Shown here one piece after another: positions 11,137 to 24,403 of a DNA stretch of 64,000 bases (positions are counted from its first letter, which is position 1; every line of letters starts with the position of its first letter). The notes beneath the pieces are model-generated. The model was not told the DNA's origin and did no database searches. It saw only the letters and a list, made by a program, of their open reading frames with translations. Position numbers and translations under genes: made by a program. The DNA comes from Octopus vulgaris (lineage: Eukaryota). The stretch lies in contig OX597821.1 in assembly GCA_951406725.2 (NCBI GenBank), forward strand, positions 83,390,001 through 83,454,000. Direction: 5' to 3'.

Positions 11137-11659
11137 TACAAATTTTTGTCTTTAAAAAATAGGGGGGAAATAAAAAAAACAGAAGCTGTTTCACAAACAT
11201 GTTACTTTCCAATGACTTCATATCAACAATTATGAGCTAAGTTTTGCAGTATTTAATAAAAAATTGACAGGCATGATCTCCTCCAATGTGGGTATACTTA
11301 CAAAGATGTAATGAGTATTTAATATATTATCACCATCATAGAATATCTTATCATTATTAAAATGATTTCATCTCTTTGTTACACATTGGTCAGGTTGGAC
11401 AACAGATACAACTCCCTTCTGATTATCTGACTTGAATATGGCCATAACAATAAGCATCCTCATAATTTAATGCCCATCTTCCATAACAGCATGAGTTGGA
11501 TGGTTTGAGAGGAGTTGGCAAGCCAAAGGGCTGCACCAAACCTCGCTGTCTCATTGGATGTTCTTCCTAATGCCAAACGCTTTACACAGTGGATGGACAA
11601 GGTGCTTTTTACATGGTACCAGCACCAGTGAGATCTGCTTTGGCATTGAGGTACACATC

Positions 11660-12050
11660 TCTTTCTCTTTTACTTGTTTCAGTCATTTGACTGCGGCCAT
11701 GCTGGAGCACCACCTTTAGTCGAGCAAATCGACCCCGGGACTTATTCTTTGTAAGCCCAGTACTTATTCTACAGGTCTCTTTTGCCGAACCGCTAAGTGA
11801 CGGGGACGTAAACACACCAGCATCGGTTGTCAAGCAATGCTAGGGGGACAAACACACACACACATACACATATATATACATATATACGACAGGCTTCTTT
11901 CAGTTTCCGTCTACCAAATCCACTGACAAGGCATTGGTCGGCCCGGGGCTATAGCAGAAGACACTTGCCCAAGATGCCATGCAGTGGGACTGAACCTGGA
12001 ACCATGTGGTTGGTTAGCAAGCTACTTACCACACAGCCACTCCTGTGCCT
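11660..12050 (-). mobile_element. Family A SINE, full length
   Basis: Reverse of aggagtggctgtgtggtaagtagcttgc..gttcagtcccactgc..internal (TA/TG)n..gactgaaacaagtaaaaga. Confidence 0.9.
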
Positions 12051-12124
12051 ACATATATTTAATCATGAAAGAATGAAAAGAATTTATATTCAAAAGAAAA
12101 GCAAGAACAAGATTTAGTTTTTAC

Positions 12125-12187
12125 CTTATACAATCTTTGCCAATCTCCAATTGATACCTGAGCCTGCTTCATTCGGCTTAATATTCG
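12125..12187 (-). CDS. MSH5: MSH5 coding exon 8 of 11 (63 nt)
   Basis: aatcaaacag|...|gtaaaa; RILSRMKQAQVSIGDWQRLYK vs human [21 protein letters not shown]. Confidence 0.95.
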
Positions 12188-13318
12188 CTGTTTGATTTGA
12201 AATTGAGAAACATTAGAAAATTCATAGAAAAGAATCAATCTAGGCTCAAAAAGTAATTTTTTTATGCTTCAGCAACTGGTTTATATTCTCTTATAGTCTA
12301 CAATTTTTTAAAATGTATCACACAAAGAGAAAATGTAGTTCTTGATATGGATAAATATGAGACGGTCACAGCTTGAAATCTTTTCATTATAGGTCTGCTC
12401 AATCAGTGTTGACCTGGGGTTAAACAGTATGAACTACAGTATCTCACAATGTACTACAATGTGCAAGAAACTGCCACAGCTGATTGCAGATTATCAAATG
12501 TGCTATAAGACAACCATGGTGTACTAATGTCTGTTGATGTACTATTATGTTTTATGACAAGCTGTAGCACCTTGTTGGCCCTGCCTACCTGAAATTGGAA
12601 ACCAAATCCACCAGATTGTAGATTGTCAAGCAAGCAAGAAATCCCTTGTGTTTACATCTCCACACCAGATGATTAATGGAAAACACTTGACCTCCTAGGA
12701 CCTTGCTGGTCACCAAAAGGTTAATCCTTTGTTTAGAATTTGACCTACATTCTAGCATCATCTATATAACAGAGACCATTTCTTTTCTTGACCTCTTTTG
12801 TGTCAGCCATGACCAGGGGCGACATTTCCCTTCATCCTTCAGTCACCATACAAAGAGAAGCTGAAATCAAGAAAGGACAATGCCACCTTTATCCTTTCTT
12901 CCTCTTTTGTCAGCACCATGCATTCCCTACTCTTTCTCTCTCTATTAGCAGAATGCATCTTCCACAATATCGACTACCAACCAGAAGCTAAACCACTTGT
13001 CACTGTTGACTACAATTACTGCTGTCTTACTAACCACTTGCCAGGCAAATAAAAGATGTAAATAATATTCCTTCCTTTTGGGTGTTATTCTTTGATGTTC
13101 TTCCCTGGTGTCCCCATCATGAGGACCTCTCATCAACAAGCCTTACATACAGACCTCACATCTCCATACTACATTTGGCAGATGGCTGCATCTTACTAAA
13201 ACAAAACATAGCAGCTGCAAAGCATCATTAAACAATCTAATAAAATATACCTAAATGCATTAATGTTTATGATGCCAATTCACCTGAAACCATCCATTTC
13301 AAAGTGTTTATATTTATA

Positions 13319-13712
13319 CTAGCAGTATCGCCTGGCGTTGCTCAGGTTTGTAAGGGAAATAACTATATAAGCATTTTTAGAGAGTTATAGCCAAAATATA
13401 GCAAAAAAATGCATTAAAAATGGAAAAAAAATTATGGTAAATTTTTTTTAAATCGTTAACTCATCGTAGACATTTTTAAAGAGTTACTTCCCTTATATAA
13501 TAGCGAAAAAATGCATTAAAATGGAAAAAAATGGTAAATTTTTTTTTAAATTGTAAACTCATCGTAGACACGCGCTAATACCCAGAAGGGCTCGATATGA
13601 ATCACGACTATAAGATACCCGGTTTTGGTTAAACTGCACCGCAAAATGTGGGAGTAGTTAGGAATCTAAATCGTAGGAGACAGACACACAACTTCACTTT
13701 TATATATAAAGA
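13319..13712 (-). mobile_element. Non-autonomous Helitron (394 bp)
   Basis: Minus strand starts TCTTTATATATAAAA and ends CTAG; subterminal hairpin cctggcgttgctcagg (13332-13347); inserted between A and T with no TSD; internal duplication of about 120 bp. Confidence 0.8.
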
Positions 13713-13841
13713 TTTGAAGCTTCCACCATAATATTTGTTGTGTTCTAAACATCAGTTTTGGATATCAATAAATGAAAATATTAGTTTATTTAACAAAGTC
13801 TCTTAAAATTCTTGATTTATTTAATCCTTTCTATTGGAATA

Positions 13842-14105
13842 AGGTGGAGGTGCATGGCTTAGTGGTTAGGGTGTCAGCATCATGATCATAAGATTGTGGT
13901 TTCGATTCCTGGACCGGGTGGCGTTTTGTGTTCTTGAGCAAAACACTTCATTTCACGATGCTCCACTCCACTCAGCTGGCAAAAATGAGTAACGCTGCGA
14001 TGGACTGGCGTCCCGTCCAGCTGGGGAATACATATGCCATTGAAACCAGGAAACCGGGCCTATGAGCCTGCCTAGGCTTTAAAAGGGTGCATTTATTTTT
14101 ATTAT
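13842..14105 (+). mobile_element. tRNA-derived SINE family D (V-domain-like)
   Basis: A box tggcttagtgg and B-like ttcgattcc; tgcgatggactggcgtcccgtccag resembles the V-SINE domain (recalled). Confidence 0.75.
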
Positions 14106-14174
14106 TGGAATATACCGATAGTGTTTCAATTAATTTTGAAAATAATGAAGAAGTTAATAAAATGATTTTCTCAT

Positions 14175-15268
14175 TCATCATCATCATCATCATCGTTTAA
14201 CGTCTGTTTTCCATGCTAGCATGGGTTGGACGGTTCGACTGGGGCCTGAAAAGCCAGGGGGCTGCACCAGGCTCCAGTCTGATCTGGCAGTGTTTCTACA
14301 GCTGGATGCCCTTCCTAACACCAACCACTCCGTGAGTGTAGTGGGTGCTTTTTACGTGCCACCGGCACAGAAGCCAGTCAAGGCAGTGCTGGCATCGGCC
14401 ACATTCGAATGGTGCTTTTTATGTGCCACCGGCACAGGTATCACAACTACAATTTCCATTTTATATTTATTTTGATGTTGATGTACTTGACTCAATAGGT
14501 CTCCTCAAGTACAGCAGGTCACCCTATGATCCAAGGTAAGCATAGCAGGTCGTTCTGCAATCCAAGGTACTTTGGATGGGCTGGGGCTATGCGAAACTGG
14601 TGCAGGAAGCAGCCCGTGTCCTTGTAGTCACAGCATATCTCCGTCTTTCGTCATTGTGAGGCCCAACGTTCGAAGGTCATGCTTGACTACCTCATCCCAT
14701 GTCTTCCTGGGTCTACCTCTCCCCCTGATACCTTCAACTGTTTGGGAGTAGCACTTCTTCACACATCTCTCCTTATCCATCTGCAGTACAAGACCATACC
14801 AGCGCAAACGTCTCTCTTGCACACCACATCTGATGCTTCTTATGTCCAGCATTTCTCTCAGGGTGCTTACACTCTGTTGTGTGTGCACACTGACATTACA
14901 CATCCAATGGATCATGCTAGCTTCATTTCTTTCAAGTCTACGCATGTCCTCTGCAGTCACAGCCCATGTTTCACTACCGTGAAGCATGGCAGTTTGCACA
15001 CATGCATCGTACAATCTATCTTTCACTCTGAGCGAGAGACCCTTTGTCGCCAGTAGGGGTTGGAGCTTTCTAAACTTTGTCCAGGCTATTTGTATTCTAG
15101 TGGTGACACTCTCTGAGCATCCACCCCCACTACTAACTTGGTCACCCAGGTAGCAGAAACTATCAACTACTTCTAGTTTCTTCCCCTGGAGTGTGATGGA
15201 ATCTGTTTTCTGAGTACCTGTGGTGTCTATTGCCCCTGTGCATCTGCCGCACATGAAAGCTATCTTCA
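14175..15268 (-). mobile_element. 5'-truncated RTE-clade LINE
   Basis: ORF 14628..15269: FCYLG..GG..RIQIAW..F..MLHGSETW..RLRWYG..GRGRPRKTW; long 3' UTR ending in (TGA)n at 14175-14193. Confidence 0.92.
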
Positions 15269-15270
15269 AT

Positions 15271-15672
15271 AGGCGTGGCTGTGTGGTAAGGAGCTTGCTT
15301 CCCAGCTACATGGTTCTGGGTTCAGTCCCACTGGGTGACACCTTGGGCAGGTGTCTTCTATTATAGTCTCGGGCTGACCAAAGCCTTGTGAGTGGATTTG
15401 GTAGATGGAAACTGAAAGAAGCCCCTCATATAGGTATATATGTGTATATATATGTATATGTGTCTGTGTTTGTCCCCCACCACCATCACTTGACAACTAA
15501 TGTTGGTGTCTTTATGTCCTTGTAACTTAGCAGTTCAGGAAAAGAGACCAATAGAATAATTAATAGGCTTACAAAGAATGAGTCCCGGGGTCAATTTGTT
15601 TGACTAAAAGCGGTACTCCAGCATGGCCACAGTCAAATGACTGAAATTAGTAAAAGGATAAAAGAATAAAAG
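15271..15672 (+). mobile_element. Family A SINE, full length
   Basis: Matches family A consensus. Confidence 0.88.
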
Positions 15673-15786
15673 TAAATATAGCAATTACACAAATGAAATC
15701 CTTCGTTACACATTAATTGAAAAACTACAAAAAGGTAAGCTTATAAATTTAAACAGATTAGAGAATATAGGAGAGTGCAAACCTAC

Positions 15787-15925
15787 AGAGATACTTCGGA
15801 TATGCAGTAAGCATCCTTCAAGACTTCGGACAATGTCACTTTGGCACTTGTTGATAAAGTAGGCAATGGCACTGTGGCGCTGTTGAAGAATTTCTACATT
15901 TTTTGTAGGACTTAAAAACCAGCGT
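15787..15925 (-). CDS. MSH5: MSH5 coding exon 7 of 11 (139 nt)
   Basis: ttatttcaag|...|gtaggt; RWFLSPTKNVEILQQRHSAIAYFINKCQSDIVRSLEGCLLHIRSIS; lies within ORF-track ORF 15706..15963. Confidence 0.95.
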
Positions 15926-16697
15926 CTTGAAATAAGAAAAATAACTAAGAGCATTAGAATCAATGTTTAAGATGAAAAAATCGGTCGAGAACTATTTTAT
16001 TGTTATTGATTTGTCCCAGGATAACCAAGAATTACTGGACTTATGATCAAAAGCATGTCACTTATAAGCATTCTATGTATTTTCAGATATGCTGTAATTA
16101 GAATGGCATTATGCAATGCGTCCCTTCATTTTTAAGATGTGAACTGAGGGAGAATTAGGTTGCTATTTCTAGTATCTGTGGTAAATAGTGTCATTTCTTC
16201 AGTTTTCATAATCAGAAATATCCATCAATGGATACTAAGTTCTAGATTCTTCAGTAAAAAAGTCTTTAAATGCTACATGGTGGAGTTTCAGGCGAATACT
16301 GCAATTCCAAGAGACAATTATCGACTTACAATGTTCTTGATGTTGTTGTTTGGCAAAAGGTCAGCCCTGATCAAGCAAATATACCAACAAAGGCAAACAA
16401 CACTTTTATGTAGGTGACAGGACATACTATGCATCTGATAAGTGCTCTGTTGGCTTACAACAGGATGAAGTAAGCTAATGAAGTGTCATTTCTATACAAG
16501 ACTGGCAAATATCTCAGTCATGTAACATTATGGAGGCCACGAGGAGAGCCCAGTATATTCTCACCCACTCAGTAAAACAGTTGTAGTGAAGTATTCTTTT
16601 CAAGTTAGATTCAATCAATAGGCCTGTCCCCCCGCCCCCCACAACTCAATATCTATACTGTGACTACAAGTGAAAGAGTGATCCAGAACATGTTTAC

Positions 16698-16743
16698 CTT
16701 AGTAATTTGCTGCCAAGTTGAGATTTGCATCTGTTGAGAATTC
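16698..16743 (-). CDS. MSH5: MSH5 coding exon 6 of 11 (46 nt)
   Basis: catttttcag|...|gtaaac; GILNRCKSQLGSKLLR, the MutS domain III LN.C....G.KLLR motif. Confidence 0.95.
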
Positions 16744-17552
16744 CTGAAAAATGTCAAAAAATATAAAATCGAAATTAAAATAATACCAAAACTTATGTAA
16801 TAAAAATATATAACAAATGGCAGTGCTCCAGCATGGCCACAGCTCGTGAGCTGAAACTAGATAAAATAAAAATAAAAAATAAAAAAACAATGATTGTTTT
16901 TAGGATAGAAAGCCACAAACTGTTTGGAGAGCAAAATAGGACTGGTCATCCCTTTCCAAAAGACATTTGCAGTGTACTTGAAGAGAATTAACTTCAAGTG
17001 GAAATCAAACCAGGATAGTGACTATCCTTGCTAGGACATAAGGTTTTGCCTAATGGTAATTAATAATCAATAGAAATTATCAATGATATTAAAAATAATT
17101 AAATCAATCCTCCAGTATTTAACTGGTTAGTGTACAAGGCTCTAGTAATGAGCATTATAATAATTGTCTCTAACATAGCTAGAAAGTCTGACATTTATGG
17201 GGTGATGGGTTAGTTAACTAAACTGAACTCAGTACTAAACTGTTATTTACTCACCAAAGAACAAATACATCTGGAATACCAGGGACACTTTAAAGACAGT
17301 CTTAAGGTAACCAGTTACAACTGGAATACCCTGAAGCCATAAAATGTACCCTTGTTCAACACACAGAAAAATGTGTTAAGAGGCACCTTTGAGTTCACTA
17401 GGCTCCTAGTTTTGGTAAAGCTGTAGAATGTTCTAACTAGACCCTAACCAAGTGCTTTCTAATTCTGTGTAGGGTCAGGAATCTTATTTTATCAGTTCTG
17501 GAGAGATGAAAGGCAGAGATGACTGATGTTTTGTAAGACCCCCCCCCCCAAA

Positions 17553-17827
17553 TAGTGGTTTCCAAAGTGGGCAGTACTGCTCCCCTGGGGGCGGTGGAAA
17601 GTTCCAAGGTGGCATTGAAGAAAAGTAGGGTGGTAATGAGGTAGCAGTTCATGTAAAAACAACAAAATAATGGGCTCATTAGGTTAAGTTTAATTTGTGA
17701 AATACAGTTGTTTTGAATTTACTTCAGAAAAATGTCTATGTTTGTTATGGTTATATGGGGTGAGGGCACCAAGAATGTGGCCTGGGTGTCATGGGGGTAG
17801 CAGCCTGAAAACGTTTGGGAACCACTG
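17553..17827. mobile_element. hAT (Charlie-like) MITE, degenerate
   Basis: TIRs tagtggtttccaaa / tttgggaaccactg; TSD imperfect. Confidence 0.7.
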
Positions 17828-18786
17828 CCCTAAAGCGATTCTGCTAATTGCTTCTCAAAAAATTAACAGTTTCTTTATTAACTACAAGGGATCAAAACAT
17901 AAGATGCATAAAAAAAACCTCAAAAAAACGTTAAACAAGGAGCTTAGAAAGACATGTTGGGTAGGACAAAGGAGTTATGGAATGACGATGAGACTTAAGC
18001 GATTAAGTATGAGAACAAGTTAAACATTTATGAAAACACAAATAATAATTTAGAATATGTAGAAGAACAAAACAAACATACACAAAAATTCAAAACAAAA
18101 CAAAACGATTTTGGTAAGACTGTCCAACCCATGCCAACACGGATGATGATGATAACGGCAATGGTGGCGACGATGGCGATGGTGTGTCAAAGCTGGAATA
18201 TTGTTCATCCTAGATGTGCTTGGCCAGAGTTGACAGGAACCCAAACAAAAACAACAGCCTCATCAGTCCAAGACCTTTGCAAAGGTTTGCAAAGGTCTTG
18301 AATTTTGCCTTCCCATTCCTCAGAATAAATGGAAAAAAATAATTGGAAGGAAAGATCATAATTGCTTAAGTCAACCCCTGTAAATAATTGGCATTTGTTT
18401 AAATCACTCTCCTTCCAGAAGAATGAAAGGCAAAGACAGCCTCAGCAGGATTTGAACTCAAAATGTAAAGGGGAATAACTCCTTTGTCACTTTTATCCAA
18501 CACTCAATGTATGTTTTGATATTCAGCTCAACAACAATCAACAGTAAAAGCAATAATACCTCAAGCTTCAATAACAACAGCATCAGTCAATGAGGGAGCT
18601 TTTAAGTAGTCACACAACCTGCTAGAAACAACAGTCAAATATTCCTCAAAACGCATCTTGCTTAAAAAATTTTTTTAATAAACCCCCTCTCTCAACAATG
18701 TTTCCTCTTCATTTCCCCTCTTCCTTCTCTAACCCACATCTTTAGCTATCCTGTCCCCTACTTGTGGTGTTTTAATATTTCTGACC

Positions 18787-19182
18787 TAGCTTGCTTACCA
18801 ACCACATGGTTCCGGGTTCAGTCCCACTGTGTGGCACCTTGGGAAAGTGTCTTCTACTATAGCCTCAGGCCGACCAAAGCCTTGTGAGTGAATTTGGTAG
18901 ACAGAAACTGAAAGAAGCCGGTCGTATATATGTATATGTATATATATATGTGTGTGTGTGTGTTTGTGTGTTTGTGTGACTGTATTTGTCCCCCGCAACA
19001 TTGCTTGACAACCGATGTTGGTGTGTTTACGCCCCCGTAACTTAGCGGTTTGGCAAAAGAGACCGATAGAATAAGTACTAGGCTTACAAAGAATAAGTCC
19101 TGGGGTCGATTTGCTCGACTAAAGGCAATACTCCAGCATGGCCGCAGTCAAATGACTGAAACAAGTAAAAGAGTAAATAAAA
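18787..19182 (+). mobile_element. Family A SINE
   Basis: Matches family A consensus, slightly 5'-truncated. Confidence 0.88.
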
Positions 19183-19511
19183 GGGTACATTAAACAAAGT
19201 AGTGTTTAATATACACCAAGAGAGGATGATATCACAGAAGGGGACAGACACATTAAATAATAACAGTGTCACTGATGAAAGGGAAAATGAATGCCCTTTC
19301 ATCATTGGTCTTGATGTAAACAGCACAACAGCAGCAATGATGGTAATTGCAGTATCTGGTAACAATAATGCTAACAAAAACCAACACCTAAAAAAAATAA
19401 TTGTAACAAAAACAGTCTAAAAGACAAAACTGGAGGCAGCAGTAGCAGCAGCAGCAGCAACAACAACAGCAACAACAACAAGGGCAGCAGCACCAACAAA
19501 ATGTCATTTAC

Positions 19512-19597
19512 CAAATAAGCTGAATCCCTCTTTACTGCAGCTTTGCCCAGATTTATAAACTGATGGGTGAGATTCCTTCCGGAAGATCTGTAAAGCA
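19512..19597 (-). CDS. MSH5: MSH5 coding exon 5 of 11 (86 nt)
   Basis: atatttcag|...|gtaaat; ALQIFRKESHPSVYKSGQSCSKEGFSLFG contains the MSH5 hallmark LQIF..ESHPSVYK...KEG.SLFG. Confidence 0.97.
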
Positions 19598-19850
19598 CTG
19601 AAATATAAGAATGTAGTGATGTACATGGCTTTTTGATTGGTTGGGCATGGCTGAGGAGGGGCTTAATTAATTGATTTATGTCCTAGTATATCACTGGTAC
19701 ATTGCACAGAAACACACACTTTAAAACTTACAGTAATGTTAGCAATCTCTTACATATTGGTAAAAAAAAATCGATTTAACGACTCTATTCTCTCACCATA
19801 TACATACTCAGTGTGTGTGTGTAGGTGTGTACACACACACACACACACAC

Positions 19851-19907
<57 letters not shown>

Positions 19908-19919
19908 TACATACATGTA

Positions 19920-21191
19920 TTGGGTTATCCCATAAATAATGCAGTTTTTTCAGTTGCATGAACTAAAAGTCGGTGGGGTGATGGGATAAACTACCTGCAT
20001 CAACTTGCTATAAAAGCAGGTAGTAATTTTACCTTGTACTTATTCTTAGTGTAAGTTTTGAAGAGTGCAGTTCGATTTTAACAATTAGTTTTTCAAAGCT
20101 ATAATAGAAGTGACAAAGGAGCATATTTGGCATATTTTGCTTAATGAGTTCAATAAAGCAAAAAATCAACGGAAAGTGTGAGGAATATTAATGCAATATA
20201 TAGGGATCACACAATAAGAGTAAGACAGTGTCAATGGTGGTTCCAGAAATTTTGAGCTGGAAGCCTAGAAGACAAGCCTCATCCTGGAAGATCTGAAGAG
20301 TTTGATGAGGATGTCCTGCAAATCCTGATGGAACAAAATCCCATCATAACTGTTGAAGAACTAGCAGAGAAGCTTGGATTTGGTCATTCAACCTTTCATT
20401 GACACCTGTGTGCCATAGGAAAAGTCAGCAAATTGGATCAATGGGTTCGTCACAAACTTTCCGAGTCTAATTGCATGCAGAGAGTGAATGTTTGTTCTTC
20501 TTTGCTGTCATATCTCACAAATGAACCTTTTTTGGATCGAATAGTGACTGGTGAGGAGAAATGGGTTCTCTATAAAAATGTCAAGTGCCGAAGACAGTGG
20601 GTAAGGAAAGGAGAAACAGCAGCACCCCATGCTAAAGAAGGTCTTACCCACATATGGTGTTGTTATCTGTTTGGTAGGATATGAAAGGTTTATTCCATGT
20701 CGAACTTTTAAACCCAAACCAAACAATAATAAAGGAGATCTACTGTGAGCAACTCAGGTCAGTGCTAGAAGAAAAACAACCATCTTTGGTTTCATGATGA
20801 AAGGTGTTCTTCCATCAGGATAATGCTCGGCTACATACAACAAGGATGACATTCCAGAGGCTGGAACAGTTTGAATGGGAAACGACGCCCTACCCACCAT
20901 ATTTGCCAGACATTGCCCCATCTGATTATCATTTATTCCGCAGTCTTCAAAATCATTTGGATGGAAAAACTATGAATTCTGTAGATGAGGTCAGAAGAGT
21001 AATGGAGGAGTATTTTTCATCACAGACAAGTGAATTTTGGAAGAGGGGCCTTGCAAGTCTACCAGATAGATGGAAGAGCATTGTAGAAAATGAAGGAGAG
21101 CATATTTTAGATTAAAAAAGAACTTTGTTTATCTTAATTTTGAAAAATAAAAGAAGTATAAAAAAACTGCATTATTTATGGGATGATCCAA
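19920..21191 (+). mobile_element. Full-length decayed mariner transposon (1272 bp)
   Basis: 31-bp TIRs ttgggttatcccataaataatgcagtttttt with 2 mismatches; TA on both flanks; transposase motifs WVRHKL, IVTGEEKW, HQDNAR, PPYLPDIAPSDYHLF. Confidence 0.97.
20104..21115 (+). pseudogene. Mariner D,D34D transposase pseudogene
   Basis: Start codon appears as ATA; frameshifts and stops; first catalytic D replaced by E (TGEEKW); 34 residues between the second and third D. Confidence 0.93.
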
Positions 21192-21195
21192 TATA

Positions 21196-21249
<54 letters not shown>

Positions 21250-21497
21250 TGAATATATTAGACCATTCCATGCAATACGCAACCTCTATGTACTCTTATT
21301 TATTTTTGTTGACTGTTTTTGTAGCATGCTGGAAATGTTCAGAGCCATTGCATTCGTAGCAGATATCATTGGTCAATATTTGAAGTTGTCTCAGTTCTTA
21401 TGATAATGAACCTATTATGCCAACAGTGGCATTATTTAACAGTTAGTCTTACAACCGTTGGAGCACTAGCAAAGTTAAGATACTGTGGATTACTTAC

Positions 21498-21533
21498 GAC
21501 AGTGCTGTGTTATCTATTATCACTTGATCGTTC
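21498..21533 (-). CDS. MSH5: MSH5 coding exon 4 of 11 (36 nt)
   Basis: atattttgcag|...|gtaagt; NDQVIIDNTALS vs human THLVNIDQDTYS; phase 2-2 fits both neighbours. Confidence 0.88.
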
Positions 21534-21804
21534 CTGCAAAATATTCAAAATATAAATTTTAATTCAGATATATTGTAATTAACTCTTGATTAGGCATATA
21601 TCTCTTCTTAGGTAAAACAATTTTTCTCTTTATTCTGTCACATATAATAAAATATTAAACACTAATGTCTCCAATGGAGCAAATGCATAATTTTTACCTT
21701 TCATTATTGAGCTACAGAATACATTTTATCAACTAGAATGGAATAAAAAGTGAAGTTAGTACCAGCGAGACTTGACCCTAGAATCGTAAACCAACAAGCT
21801 AGAT

Positions 21805-21973
21805 ATTCTTTTCTACTCTAGGCACAAGGCCTGAAATTTTGGGGGACTGCTTAATTTATTGACCCCCGAAAAGCTGAAAGGCAAAGTCGACCTCGGTGGA
21901 ATTTGAACTCAGAATGTAACGGCAGACGAAATGCCGCTAAGCATTTCGCCCAGCGTGCTAATGTTTCTGCCTT
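21805..21973 (-). mobile_element. Family B SINE copy
   Basis: Matches family B consensus. Confidence 0.8.
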
Positions 21974-22385
21974 ACAACAAGCCAGATATTATGAAGAAAG
22001 TATTTTACATGTCTAAAATCTATAATATTTCCACTGCACAAAACAGCATACTTTACACAGAGTTTATTTATGCATTTTTTCTACACTTAGATGTCTCCTC
22101 AACATTTGACCATTATTAATAAGAGATGCAGCGCTAGGTGGTACCACTTTTATTAATGACCAGAAACAACTTTGCCCTGCTGCAGGCTTCCTCTTAAGGC
22201 CAAACACTAGCATTCAAGGAATGTGATGGTCTCTTTCAGTAAAAATCAGTTGAATAAAGTTTTCAAAAATTAATGATGAAAGTGTACCCATCCATCTACC
22301 CATCTTCACCCACTATTCCTGCGGGTGGAAGCAAAGTCCTCATGCACTTCCTCCAAAAGGTCCAATCAGAAGCAGCTGTCATCAA

Positions 22386-22562
22386 CCCTTTAGCATTTAA
22401 ACTGGCCACATCAAGCCAAAATATTCTGCCCACCTTATGTTCAAATCAACCAGATCTAGTCTGTCAGAGCAACTCTGCAATGTGTATCTAAAAATAAGCA
22501 ACCAACTCATCGAATTTCAAAGCTACAAAATAAAGTATGATTAATTAAGAACAATTAAAGAG
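22386..22562. mobile_element. piggyBac-like MITE, internally deleted copy
   Basis: Begins ccctttagcatttaaa and shares body sequence with 54559-55081; ends taaagag-ttaa. Confidence 0.5.
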
Positions 22563-22726
22563 TTAAATAACTTGGTTGGATTCCTAGGTATGACCAACTT
22601 AGACTATGCATATTATCCAACCCTGTCGTTTTTGGTCCATCCCTAAGTTTCCTACTTGTTACCCCAGTTTGAAGAATCCATCTAGCAATTCTTTCCTGCA
22701 AGATTCTAACTACATGTCCACAGTAC

Positions 22727-23112
22727 TTATTTCTTTACTGCTCACAAGGGGCTACACACAGAGGAGACAAACGGATTAAATCGATTATATCAACCCCAGT
22801 GCATAACTGGTACTTATTTAATTGACCCTGAAAGGATGAAAGGCAAAGTCGACCTTGGCGGAATTTGAACTCAGAACGTAGCGGCAGACGAGATACCTAT
22901 TTCTTTACTGCCCACAAGTGGCTAAACACAGAGAGGACAAACAAGGACAGACAAAGAAATTAAATTGTTTATATCAACTCCAGTGCATAACTGGTACTTA
23001 TTTAATTGACCTCGAAAGGATGAAAGGTAAAGTCGGCCTCAGTGGAATATGAACTCAGAACGTAACGGCAGACGAAATATGGCACTATGCATTTCACCCG
23101 GCTCGCTGCCTT
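22727..23112 (-). mobile_element. Tandem dimer of family B SINE
   Basis: Two head-to-tail copies of tatttctttactgc..aaaggatgaaagg..gaactcagaacgta..gcagacga. Confidence 0.85.
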
Positions 23113-23361
23113 CAACCCCATAGTACCAGTGCTGTGACCTCTCAATATGGGGAAGTAGCATCTTGACTTTCAGAGACTCTCTGATCTATGAGCTATGCAC
23201 CTTGTCAAGCAACATTACTCCAGTGATCCTCCAGAGGAACACTATTTTGTTAGTTTATCATAAGAGAGACTTCTAAGGTTTCAAACAAGTATGTTAACAT
23301 AGAACAATTATTTAGATATTAACCATGATAACATAAAGCAGAGAATTTCTGGACAACTCAC

Positions 23362-23471
23362 AGAGAAAACACTTGAATATTGACAAACGGCACTCGAACA
23401 TTTATGTCTTCCAATTCTATTCCAATACGGTTTTTCTCCAAATATTTTATTAAACTTCCAGCAGCTCTTAC
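23362..23471 (-). CDS. MSH5: MSH5 coding exon 3 of 11 (110 nt)
   Basis: attttgcag|...|gtgagt; VRAAGSLIKYLEKNRIGIELEDINVRVPFVNIQVFSL vs human [28 protein letters not shown]. Confidence 0.95.
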
Positions 23472-24057
23472 CTGCAAAATATGTAAAGATCTTATTTGTT
23501 ACAATAATTAATTCATTATGGTAAATAATAACAATAAAAATAATAACATTTTTTTTATTTGTTTTTAATAATTGCAAGTTGAAGATGGAGTTAACAGAGC
23601 TAAAATATTAGATTAATTTTTGGTCCTTTACACAAAGTTCAATTTTTCAGAAAAAAGATAAAATGAAAACTTAGGGATTAACAGTATTATTTAAGTGAGT
23701 TAACTTCAACTAGAAAACAAAAAAGGGGCTAGAATGCAACTTGGGGGTAAGCTAAACTCTTGCATGGTTGGCAGCATGATCAAGATATTGTTTAAATAAT
23801 CATTACACACACACACAACACGTAATTATTTGGACTTTGGGTATTAGTCTAATAATATGCCGATTAAAGCACTTATGCTGTTTAGGTTACTAGATGTTAT
23901 CTATAGTTATGATATAATTGTCATTGGATCTATGACAGGAATTCCATGAAATTTGTTGAGTTTATAATGAATGAGATAAATGGAAAATGAAGTTGACAAG
24001 AATCTTTATATAAAGATACTTGCTAACTCCATATTCCGTTTTCCTCAATCATTACAT

Positions 24058-24091
<34 letters not shown>

Positions 24092-24146
24092 GCATACATA
24101 CATCATACACACATACATACATATATATATACACACACACACACAC

Positions 24147-24221
<75 letters not shown>

Positions 24222-24359
24222 TATCTATAACATATATGTGTATGTCATGACTCATGCACTGTTCTTTTCCTGATGCTTGTACATTACCCTATGTACTAAA
24301 CATACACTTTAGATGAGTTGTAGTGCACCTGAGCACTGTACACAATGTTTTATTATTAT

Positions 24360-24403
<44 letters not shown>

